Assembly (NCBI GenBank): GCA_024277525.1
Contig: JAJRUZ010000087.1
Span: 4,530-68,529 of the forward strand
Direction: 5' to 3'
Length of the DNA stretch: 64,000 nucleotides
From: a candidate division WOR-3 bacterium
GTDB taxonomy: Bacteria > Hydrothermota > Hydrothermia > Hydrothermales > JAJRUZ01
This document shows positions 1 to 7,994 of the stretch, piece after piece. Position 1 is the first letter of the stretch. Each line of letters begins with the position of its first letter. The notes beneath the pieces are model-generated. The model was not told where the DNA came from, made no database searches, and saw nothing but the letters and a program-made list of their open reading frames with translations. The position numbers and the translations under genes were made by a program.

Positions 1-90
1 AAGAGAATTCCTTTTGATAAAATTGTGTTTGATCACGGAAGAATAATCAGGGATTATTTAAAAGAAGTTAAAAACATTGGGCAAAAATGA
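1..90 (+). CDS. 3' end of an unidentified CDS (C-terminal 29 aa, ...KRIPFDKIVFDHGRIIRDYLKEVKNIGQK*) running in from upstream of the window
   Basis: Frame 1 is open from base 1 to TGA at 88-90. I recognise no motif. Confidence 0.3.
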   Translation, partial: KRIPFDKIVFDHGRIIRDYLKEVKNIGQK

Positions 91-321
91 ACATGTTACG
101 GGTTAAACCACTATACTGTTTTTAATCTTTTCGGCTTGGCGAAAAGGAACCAAAAAAGAATTAGGATAAGTGGTTAATGTGAGATATGCAGGAAATAAAA
201 GTAATCTCAATTACATAAATGCAACTGCTGTCCAAATTATAAACTATGAATACAACAAAATACAATAAATAAAAATCATAATAACGCTATTTATTACACA
301 AATATACTATAAATTTTAAAT

Positions 322-1287
322 TCAAGGGATAATCAACATTGCATCACCATAACTCAAAAATCTGTAGTTTCTTTCAATTGCTTCTTTATACGCCTTTTTA
401 AGTAAATTTTTATCTCTCACAAAACTGAGAGTTAAAAGTATAGGGGTTAATTCCGGATGATGGAAATTTGTCAAAAGAATATCAACCACTTTGAATTCAT
501 AAGGAGGTTTTATTATTAAATCCGTTTCCCCCTTTCTTTTACCGGTTATACCCCATGTTTCAAGTGCTCTTGTTACAGTTGTTCCACAAGCTATTACCTT
601 CCCTCCTCTATTTTTGGTTTCCGCTATTTCCCTTATAGTATCCTCCGGAATCTCATATTTTTCCTTTATTATTTCTTTATCTTCAAAATCATGCAAAAAT
701 GTAAAAGGCCCCACATGAAGGGTTAACTTTTTTAATTTTATCCCTTTTTTAATAAGTTTGTGCATAACTCTTTTTGTGAAATGCAAAGAAGCAGTAGGAG
801 CTGCTATTGAGCCCTCTTTCTGTGCAAAAATAGAATTGTAATAAAATTTATCTTTTTTTATCGGTTCCCTTGCTATATAAGGGGGCAGAGGCATCATTCC
901 GTATTTTTTCAATAAACTCCCGACTTTGAGACCATCGGTTTTCAAAATATAAAATTTCTCTCTTCCTGCTACTTCAATTTTTACCCCATCCACGATTATT
1001 TCCCTGACATTTTTGCCTTTTAAAAGGGCATAGAATTCAAAGTCATTTATTTTTCTTATGAAAAGAATATCCACTCTTCCTCCCGAGGGTTTTTTACCTA
1101 TAATCCGTGCAGGAATCACCTTTGAATCATTCACAATTAAAAGATCCCCTTTTTTAAGAAACTCATCCAATTTATAAAACTTCGTATGAATAATTTTTTT
1201 ATCTTTTAACTTCAAAACAAGCAAGTTACATGCATCCCTTGGTCTTGATGGAAAAAGTGCAATTTTTTCCTTCGGAATTTTTATCAT
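322..1287 (-). CDS. queA: S-adenosylmethionine:tRNA ribosyltransferase-isomerase
   Basis: 321-aa ORF with QueA-like N-terminus (..RDACNLLVL..) and characteristic motifs MPLPPYI and RFLSYGDAML. Confidence 0.85.
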   Translation of the reverse strand: MIKIPKEKIALFPSRPRDACNLLVLKLKDKKIIHTKFYKLDEFLKKGDLLIVNDSKVIPARIIGKKPSGGRVDILFIRKINDFEFYALLKGKNVREIIVDGVKIEVAGREKFYILKTDGLKVGSLLKKYGMMPLPPYIAREPIKKDKFYYNSIFAQKEGSIAAPTASLHFTKRVMHKLIKKGIKLKKLTLHVGPFTFLHDFEDKEIIKEKYEIPEDTIREIAETKNRGGKVIACGTTVTRALETWGITGKRKGETDLIIKPPYEFKVVDILLTNFHHPELTPILLTLSFVRDKNLLKKAYKEAIERNYRFLSYGDAMLIIP

Positions 1288-1313
1288 TTTATTAGAAACT
1301 CGGAGGGTCTCTT

Positions 1314-1532
1314 TTAACTCTTCCTGTAAATTATTCTTCCCCTTGTTAAATCATAGGGGGAAAGTTCTACGACCACCCGATCTCCCGGAAGTATTTTTAT
1401 AAAATGCATTCTCATTTTGCCCGAAAGATGGCACAAGACGACGGGACCTGCATCAAGTTTTACCCTGAACATTGTGTTGGGTAATACTTCCTCCACTGTT
1501 CCCTCCATCCTTATAACACCTTTTTTTGCCAT
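1314..1532 (-). CDS. infA: translation initiation factor IF-1
   Basis: 72-aa S1-like OB protein, [29 protein letters not shown]..., typical IF-1. Confidence 0.92.
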   Translation of the reverse strand: MAKKGVIRMEGTVEEVLPNTMFRVKLDAGPVVLCHLSGKMRMHFIKILPGDRVVVELSPYDLTRGRIIYRKS

Positions 1533-1542
1533 ATTTTCCTCC

Positions 1543-2292
1543 TTAATTTAAAGAAGTCAAAATTATCGGCTCCTCATCTATCAGAACAGTATGTTCGAAA
1601 TGTGCGGAAGGTTTTCCATCCAAGGTAACAATTGTCCATCTGTCATCCAATTCCTTTATTTTCCATGTTCCAATATTTACCATAGGTTCAATTGCTATAA
1701 CGAGTCCTCTTTTCAATATAATTCCTTCACCTTTTTTCCCGTAATTGGGTACCATCGGCTCCTCGTGCAAATAATGCCCGACTCCATGTCCTGCCAAATC
1801 TCTCACCACATTGAACCCGAATTTTTCTACATGATTCTGAATAGCATACCCTATATCACCTGTCCTATTTCCCGGCATCGCTTCCTTAATCCCTATATAA
1901 AGGGATTCCTCGGTTACTTTTACGAGTTTCTTAACCTCTTCTTCCACCTTTCCCACAATATAAGTTTTGGCGCCATCTCCGAAAAATCCGTTTTTTTCAA
2001 CTCCTATATCTATCTTCACAATATCACCTTCTTTTATTATTTTTTTATCAGAAGGTATTCCGTGAACAACCTCATGATTTAAAGAGATACACGCGGATGC
2101 AGGGAATCCTCTGTAACCCAAAAATGCGGGTCTTCCGCCTTTCTTTCTTATCATCCTGTCTATTATATTATTTATTCTCAAAGTCGTAACACCGGGTCTT
2201 ATAAAATCTTCTATATCCTGTAATACACCCGCCACAATTCTGGATGCCTTTTCAATATTCTTAATTTCTTCATGTGATTTTAAAATTATCAT
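1543..2292 (-). CDS. map: type I methionine aminopeptidase
   Basis: 249 aa. Peptidase M24A hallmarks are visible (GYRGFP..HGIP, metal-binding D/H/E spacing). It sits after adk in spc-operon order. Confidence 0.9.
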   Translation of the reverse strand: MIILKSHEEIKNIEKASRIVAGVLQDIEDFIRPGVTTLRINNIIDRMIRKKGGRPAFLGYRGFPASACISLNHEVVHGIPSDKKIIKEGDIVKIDIGVEKNGFFGDGAKTYIVGKVEEEVKKLVKVTEESLYIGIKEAMPGNRTGDIGYAIQNHVEKFGFNVVRDLAGHGVGHYLHEEPMVPNYGKKGEGIILKRGLVIAIEPMVNIGTWKIKELDDRWTIVTLDGKPSAHFEHTVLIDEEPIILTSLN

Positions 2293-2924
2293 AAAATTAT
2301 CTCTTTTATTCTTTTTTCTATTTCATTCGTATCCCCTGTTCCATCTATCCTATACAAAATATTCCTTTTGTCATAAAACTCAACAAGAGGATATGTATTT
2401 TCCTTAAAAACTTCTATTCTTTTTCTTATTACTTGCTCCTTGTCATCATCCCTTGTTATTAATTTAACCTTACATTCATCGCACTCTTCATCGTTTTTAG
2501 GCGGATTAAAATTAAGATTATAAATCCTGTTACATTCGGGACATATCCTTCTTGCGGTAAGCCTCCTTATTATCTCTTCATCCGGAACATCAAAATAAAT
2601 CACATATTCAAGATTTTTGTTTAATTTATTTAAAAGCATTTCGAGTCCTTCTGCCTGTTTTATTGTCCTCGGAAACCCGTCCAATATAAAAGAATCCAAA
2701 TCCTTTATAGCCTGTTCAATAATTTTTAACATTATATCGTCCGGAACAAGCGTTCCTTCATCCATGTATTTCTTTGCTATTTTACCGAGTTCTGTTCCTT
2801 TTTTTACATTTTCCCTTAACAGGTCTCCGGTTGCAATTATGGGTATGTTAAATTCTTCGGAAATTTTTTTCGCCTGTGTTCCTTTTCCTGCTCCGGGTGG
2901 ACCGAGAAATAAAACTCTTCTCAT
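2289..2924 (-). CDS. adk: adenylate kinase
   Basis: P-loop GPPGAGKGTQ and a Cys4 lid (CPECNRIY...CDEC), 211 aa. Confidence 0.93.
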   Translation of the reverse strand: MRRVLFLGPPGAGKGTQAKKISEEFNIPIIATGDLLRENVKKGTELGKIAKKYMDEGTLVPDDIMLKIIEQAIKDLDSFILDGFPRTIKQAEGLEMLLNKLNKNLEYVIYFDVPDEEIIRRLTARRICPECNRIYNLNFNPPKNDEECDECKVKLITRDDDKEQVIRKRIEVFKENTYPLVEFYDKRNILYRIDGTGDTNEIEKRIKEIIL

Positions 2925-4252
2925 CCCCTTCTACGCCTCAATCTGCCTCTCTGAAGTAAACCTTCATATTGTCTTGTTATAACATGAGACTCAATTTGTT
3001 GTAAGGTATCCTGAGCAACTCCGATGATTATGAGGAGTCTTGTTCCTCCGAAATAGAACGGCACATTTGTTAATTTTGAAAGATAATAAGGCAAAATAGC
3101 AACAATTGCTATGAATAAAGCTCCGGGTAATAAAATTCTTTTTAAAACATTATCAATATATTCTGCTGTTTTTTCACCCGGTCTGACACCCGGGATAAAT
3201 CCCGAATATTTCTGTAAATTATCCGCGATATCCCTGGGGTTCAAAATTACTGCAGTATAAAAATAATGAAAGAAAATTATCAATATTCCGTAAATTAAGT
3301 CATACAAAAGATGCCCCGGATTAAACATCTGGGTAAAAATCATCACATCCTGAAGTTGAGGGAAAAAAGAGGCTAATGAGTAGGGGAGAATCATTATACT
3401 TTGTGCAAAAATAATTGCCATAACTCCTGCTGTTGTCATTTTCAAAGGCAGATGGGTTGAAGCTCCTCCGTAAACCTTTCTTCCTACAATTCTTCTTGCA
3501 TATTGAACCGGTATTTTTCTTGAAGCGAGGTTCATGTATACAATCCCTGCTGTAAGGAAGAAAAGAATCGCAACCGCAAAAATAACTGCTGCAATTGAAA
3601 CCGCTCCGTTTTTTAAAAGTGTGATAGTCTGTGCAATTTCCTGGGGAACCGTATCCAAAGAACCGACAAATATTAATAATGAAGCACCGTTCCCTATCCC
3701 TCTTTCTGTGATTTGCTCTCCGAGCCACATACAGAAAACAGCACCTGCTGATAGAGTAATCACGGTTAAAAGTGTAAATCCGAGACCCGGATGAGGCACA
3801 ATCGGAAGACCGGAAGGAGAAGTAAATCGTGTAAGAAGGGAAGAAATTCCGAAAGATTGAATTGCAGCAACAAATACGGTTAAGTACCTTGTCCATTGTT
3901 CTATCTTCCTTCTTCCCGCTTCCCCTTCTCGCTGGAGTTTTTCAAGATACGGAACACTTGTTGTGAGAATCTGAAATATAATTGAGGCGGAAATATAAGG
4001 CATTATTCCTATTCCCAAAATTGAAGCCCTGCTCAGTGCACCTCCCACAAACAGGTCAAAAAGACCGAGAAAACTACCCCTTAATTGCTGAGCAAAAAGT
4101 TCACCGAGTGCTTTTGCATCTATTCCGGGAATGGGAATATGAGTCCCTAAGCGGAATATTATAAGTACAATTGCAGTGAATATGAATCTCTGTTTTAAGT
4201 CCTTTATTTTAAATAAACCTTTTATTCTCTCAATTGCAGGTTCTGTCGCCAT
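2921..4252 (-). CDS. secY: preprotein translocase subunit SecY
   Basis: 443 aa, polytopic, SecY-like segments, conserved position between rplO and adk. Confidence 0.93.
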   Translation of the reverse strand: MATEPAIERIKGLFKIKDLKQRFIFTAIVLIIFRLGTHIPIPGIDAKALGELFAQQLRGSFLGLFDLFVGGALSRASILGIGIMPYISASIIFQILTTSVPYLEKLQREGEAGRRKIEQWTRYLTVFVAAIQSFGISSLLTRFTSPSGLPIVPHPGLGFTLLTVITLSAGAVFCMWLGEQITERGIGNGASLLIFVGSLDTVPQEIAQTITLLKNGAVSIAAVIFAVAILFFLTAGIVYMNLASRKIPVQYARRIVGRKVYGGASTHLPLKMTTAGVMAIIFAQSIMILPYSLASFFPQLQDVMIFTQMFNPGHLLYDLIYGILIIFFHYFYTAVILNPRDIADNLQKYSGFIPGVRPGEKTAEYIDNVLKRILLPGALFIAIVAILPYYLSKLTNVPFYFGGTRLLIIIGVAQDTLQQIESHVITRQYEGLLQRGRLRRRRG

Positions 4253-4282
4253 TTTCGGTACACAGGTTTTTAAGAATTGAAC

Positions 4283-4729
4283 TTATTTTAAAAATAAGAC
4301 CTTACCTCCTGCTTTTTCTATTTTTTCTATTGCCTTTTTGGAAGCCTTATGCACATGAACATTTATAGGAAAAACAATTTCACCTTCTGATAAAAGTTTT
4401 ACTTTTAAATTTTTTCTCAAAACCCTTCTTTTTTTCATTTCCTCAACTGTTGCTTCCTCCCCTTCTTTAAATTTTCTGACCAAGTCCTTTATGTTTATTA
4501 TCTCATACTCCTCGGCAAAAATATTTGTAAATCCCCTCTTGGGTAATCTTCTGTAAAGAGGAGTTTGTCCGCCTTCAAAATAAGGTCCTTTTTCTTTTCC
4601 TGACCTTGATTTTGCCCCTTTATGTCCTCTTCCTGCTGTTTTTCCGTGTCCAGAACCTATTCCCCTTCCTACCCTTTTCCTTTTTTTCACGGCTCCTTTT
4701 GCAGGCTTTAAATTTGAGAGTGTAAGCAA
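4283..4729 (-). CDS. rplO: 50S ribosomal protein L15
   Basis: N-terminal Gly/Arg-rich ..RVGRGIGSGHGKTAGRGHKG.., 148 aa. Confidence 0.93.
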   Translation of the reverse strand: MLTLSNLKPAKGAVKKRKRVGRGIGSGHGKTAGRGHKGAKSRSGKEKGPYFEGGQTPLYRRLPKRGFTNIFAEEYEIINIKDLVRKFKEGEEATVEEMKKRRVLRKNLKVKLLSEGEIVFPINVHVHKASKKAIEKIEKAGGKVLFLK

Positions 4730-4732
4730 CTT

Positions 4733-5146
4733 TTATCCTCCTTCTGTATACAAGGGATTGGAACCCTCAAAATTTACCAGAATCATCCTCAAAGCCTCCT
4801 CATCGATAATGAACTCTTCTTTCTCCATATCAAGCTTTATCTTCCATCTCTGTAAAAAATCTGCTCCTATTATTAATTCATAAGGTAAATCCTCATATAC
4901 AAGAAAAATATGAGCCAGTTTATATCCTTTCAAGTCTACAAAAAGGGTCGTGGTGTTTTTTATTGTAATTTTAGAATTGTTTCCCAAAGTAAATACAAAA
5001 GGATAAGGAGAGCAAAGCACAGTAGCAATTTTTTCACACACATCCTTTTTTACCAAAGAAGCACTCGCTCCTGTATCAAAAAGAGCCTCAATATTTTTTT
5101 CTCCTTTATCCCCGGAAATCGTAAGTTCTTTTTTTATTATGCCCAT
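4733..5146 (-). CDS. retropepsin-like (clan AA) aspartic protease, cytoplasmic
   Basis: 137 aa. Active-site motif ALFDTGASASLV near the N-terminus and retropepsin-type LIIGADFL near the C-terminus. No signal peptide. There are 3-nt gaps to rpmD upstream and rplO downstream. Confidence 0.7.
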   Translation of the reverse strand: MGIIKKELTISGDKGEKNIEALFDTGASASLVKKDVCEKIATVLCSPYPFVFTLGNNSKITIKNTTTLFVDLKGYKLAHIFLVYEDLPYELIIGADFLQRWKIKLDMEKEEFIIDEEALRMILVNFEGSNPLYTEGG

Positions 5147-5149
5147 AGG

Positions 5150-5353
5150 CTACTCTTCCTTTTCAACTTCTTCCACTTCTATAAGATGTTTGACCCTGTT
5201 TATCATTCCCCTTATCTGCGGTGTATCCCTTTTTATCACCACATGTCCTATTTTCCTCAACCCTAACGCCTCAAGTGTTCTTTTTGCTTTCCAGTTAGCA
5301 CCTATTTTTGACCTTATCTGCTTTATTTTGAGATATTTTTCTTTTTTCTTCAT
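5150..5353 (-). CDS. rpmD: 50S ribosomal protein L30
   Basis: 67 aa, ..KIKQIRSKIGANWKAKRTLEALGLRKIGHVV.. typical L30. Confidence 0.9.
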   Translation of the reverse strand: MKKKEKYLKIKQIRSKIGANWKAKRTLEALGLRKIGHVVIKRDTPQIRGMINRVKHLIEVEEVEKEE

Positions 5354-5354
5354 T

Positions 5355-5861
5355 TTATGAACTATACATAAATTTTCTTGTCACCCTTGAAAGGGGTAAT
5401 CCCCTTCTCCTCGCGACTTCTCTCGGGTCCTTCAACTGCTTTAAGGCTTCCATAGTAGCCTGTGCAAGATTACAGGGGGTGTTGGAACCCAGGGATTTTG
5501 TAAGAACATTTTTATATCCGGCAGCCTCAAGAATAGCACGTACTGTTTGACAAGCAATAAGACCCGTTCCGGGACCCGCAGGTTTCAGAAGTATTTTAGC
5601 AGCTCCTACTTTTCCAACAACCGGATGGGGTATGGTTCCGTTAATAATAGGGACTTTTACCATATTTTTTCTCGCTCTTTTGAGTGCCTTCGCAATCGCA
5701 TCAGGAGTTTCAGCAGCCTTTCCGTGTCCTATTCCCACAAGTCCTTCACCATCACCGACCGCAACCCAGGCGGAAATTCTGAATCTCCTTCCACCGGTTA
5801 CAACTTTCACAACACGGCTTAAACTTATAATGTTTTCAATAAGTGTTTTTTCCTCTTCCAT
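5355..5861 (-). CDS. rpsE: 30S ribosomal protein S5
   Basis: 168 aa, S5 dsRBD plus C-terminal domain (..RVVKVVTGGRRFRISAWVAVGDGEGLVGIGHGKA..). Confidence 0.93.
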   Translation of the reverse strand: MEEEKTLIENIISLSRVVKVVTGGRRFRISAWVAVGDGEGLVGIGHGKAAETPDAIAKALKRARKNMVKVPIINGTIPHPVVGKVGAAKILLKPAGPGTGLIACQTVRAILEAAGYKNVLTKSLGSNTPCNLAQATMEALKQLKDPREVARRRGLPLSRVTRKFMYSS

Positions 5862-5903
5862 AGGTGTTAATTATACAATTCGGTTTTTATCTTTTTCAAC
5901 ATT

Positions 5904-6158
5904 TTACTTCTTTGATAAAAATCTCAAAATAATATTTAAAAGTAAGGTTAAAATTATTGAGATTAATATGGATGTACCGAGTGGGAAGTAAAATTTGAAG
6001 TTTTTCCTCTCAATTACTATATCCAGTGGCAATCGGGGAATGCTTTTAAATGTACCCAATTTTGAGAACAAAAATAATATTCCTCCTATGAGTATAAATA
6101 AGAGACCGAATAAAAAGAAAAATTTTGCAAACTCCTCAAAAAACTTCATTCCGCCCAA
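5904..6158 (-). CDS. DUF2905-family small membrane protein
   Basis: 84 aa, two TM segments, conserved [31 protein letters not shown] pattern. Confidence 0.6.
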   Translation of the reverse strand: MGGMKFFEEFAKFFFLFGLLFILIGGILFLFSKLGTFKSIPRLPLDIVIERKNFKFYFPLGTSILISIILTLLLNIILRFLSKK

Positions 6159-7072
6159 AAAGGTCTGTATCCCTGAACATACTCGGATGCTTTCATTCTC
6201 CTTTTACTGGCAGGTTGGAGTTCAAGAATCTCAACCGCTCCTTCACCGCACATTACAAAAAGTTTTGCTCCTTCTATTAAAATTTTTCCCGGAGTACCCG
6301 TAAATTCCTTTATGTCTTTTACTTTGTAAATTTTAACATATTTACCGTCAAAATGAGTCCTGGCTCCGGGAGTAGGAGAAAGAGCGTGAATGTGCCTCAT
6401 AACTAAAAATGAGCCTTTTTTCCAGTCAATCCACAGTTCATCGTCCTCTATTTTCTTTGCATAAGAACTTTTTCCCTTCTGAGCTTTTGGTTTTATTCTT
6501 CCTGTCTTAAATTTCTGATATACTTCAGGTAAGACACTTATGCTTTTTTCCGCAATTATTGATTCTATCTCTCCCCTTGTTCTTTCATTAACTTCTATTT
6601 TTTCCTGATAAATAATTTTACCCGTATCTATTCCCTCATCCATTATGAAAAATGTATATCCGACTTCCTTTTCTCCGGCCATGATAGCCCTTTCAAGCGG
6701 AGCTGCTCCCCTGTACTTCGGTAAAAGTGAAGGATGAAGATTCCAGGCGCCGTTTTTGGGCATTTCCAAAATTTCTTTACCGAGTATTTGCCCGTAGTCT
6801 GTCAAAAGAATAAGTTCGGACTGAAAAGATTTTAATGCACTTATAAGGGCAGGATGATTCACATCCTGAGGCTGAAAAATCCTATCCTTTGGAATTCCAT
6901 GTTGTATTGCAAGCTCCTTTACAGGAGGGGGCATTAAACGCATCCCCCTTCCCTGCGGTTTATCAGGACCTGTTACAACTGCATCCGGTTTTATTCCTCT
7001 CTTTAACATTGCAATAAATACTTTTGCAGCAAACTCTCCTGTTCCGAAAAATATAAGCTTTCCCTCCGTCAT
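6146..7072 (-). CDS. fmt: methionyl-tRNA formyltransferase
   Basis: 308 aa, formyltransferase N-domain (..[18 protein letters not shown]..), located downstream of def. Confidence 0.92.
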   Translation of the reverse strand: MTEGKLIFFGTGEFAAKVFIAMLKRGIKPDAVVTGPDKPQGRGMRLMPPPVKELAIQHGIPKDRIFQPQDVNHPALISALKSFQSELILLTDYGQILGKEILEMPKNGAWNLHPSLLPKYRGAAPLERAIMAGEKEVGYTFFIMDEGIDTGKIIYQEKIEVNERTRGEIESIIAEKSISVLPEVYQKFKTGRIKPKAQKGKSSYAKKIEDDELWIDWKKGSFLVMRHIHALSPTPGARTHFDGKYVKIYKVKDIKEFTGTPGKILIEGAKLFVMCGEGAVEILELQPASKRRMKASEYVQGYRPFWAE

Positions 7073-7138
7073 TTCAAAGTTTAAATGGTTTTATACGGGG
7101 ATCTAACCCTTAATGTTATCGGATTTTTTAATGTTATT

Positions 7139-7672
7139 TTAAACCTTTATCCTTTGTTCTTTAATTTCTTTAAAACCTTTTTTAAATTGTGCAACCAAAA
7201 TTCTCCGTGTTTCCTTATCAAGCCGGTCAATAAAAAGCAAACCGTTTAAATGATCATATTCATGTAAAATAACCCTTGCCAGCATTCCTTCGGTTTTAAT
7301 TTCTTCTTCTTCACCTTTTATATTCATATATTTTAAATAAACACCCGCCGGTCTTTCAACATCAGCATATATTCCGGGTATTGAAAGACAGCCTTCTTCC
7401 ATCACACTTTCACCCCATATATCAATAATCTCCGGATTTATCACAATGAGCGGCTCTTTGTCTTCGCCTATCACCTTTCCGGAAACAACAAACAAGGACA
7501 ATTTTTCACCAACCTGATTTGCCGCAAGACCTGCTCCTTCATAAAATAACATCGTTTCAATCATATTATAAGCAAGTTCTTTTATTTTTTCATCAATTTT
7601 ATAAATTCTTTCCGTCTTTTGTTTTAAAACGGGATCACCGTAATATTTAAGACTTAGAACCTTCCTTTTCAA
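7139..7672 (-). CDS. def: peptide deformylase
   Basis: Motifs GLAANQVG, EGCLSIPG and HEYDHLNG. Confidence 0.95.
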   Translation of the reverse strand: MKRKVLSLKYYGDPVLKQKTERIYKIDEKIKELAYNMIETMLFYEGAGLAANQVGEKLSLFVVSGKVIGEDKEPLIVINPEIIDIWGESVMEEGCLSIPGIYADVERPAGVYLKYMNIKGEEEEIKTEGMLARVILHEYDHLNGLLFIDRLDKETRRILVAQFKKGFKEIKEQRIKV

Positions 7673-7994
7673 TCTTTGCCTCTCCTACTTTCCTTTTTAT
7701 GGCATTTTTTTCAAATTTTATAAGTATACCGGAACCGACTCTCAAGGTTATAACATTATCATCCACTCTCACAACAGTGCCCATTATGCCCCCCAGTGTC
7801 ACAACCTTATCTCCCTTTTTTAAAGAATTTATCATTTTTATCCTTTCCTTCTCTTCCTTCTGCTGCGGTCTTATGAAGAGAAAATATAAAAAAGCAATCA
7901 TTACAAGAAAAGGTAAAAGAAAAATAAAAAGGGAGGCTAAAGCATTGGGAGCCTCTGCAGTACCGGTTTGAGTAAAAATATTAAAAATCATCAC
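7647..7994 (-). CDS. yajC: preprotein translocase subunit YajC
   Basis: 115 aa, single TM followed by ..IRPQQKEEKERIKMINSLKKGDKVVTLGGIMGTVV... Confidence 0.85.
   Translation of the reverse strand: MMIFNIFTQTGTAEAPNALASLFIFLLPFLVMIAFLYFLFIRPQQKEEKERIKMINSLKKGDKVVTLGGIMGTVVRVDDNVITLRVGSGILIKFEKNAIKRKVGEAKIEKEGSKS

Noticed and set aside
127-146. 7-bp stem hairpin (CTTTTCG-gcttgg-CGAAAAG) in the convergent gap between the partial upstream gene and queA
   Set aside because: It is not followed by a U-run on either strand, so I could not call it a rho-independent terminator. It may still be structured RNA, but there is nothing to support a specific call.
1591-2082. 163-aa plus-strand ORF and many other ORF-track entries antisense to strongly supported genes (e.g. 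2617-2982, 3321-3896, 5547-5991, 14554-15022, 24631-25017, 38164-38614, 53808-54451)
   Set aside because: They lie entirely inside well-recognised genes on the opposite strand or in alternative frames. They have low-complexity or Cys/Ser/Phe-rich composition typical of out-of-frame AT-rich DNA, no RBS and no motifs. I treat them as spurious.
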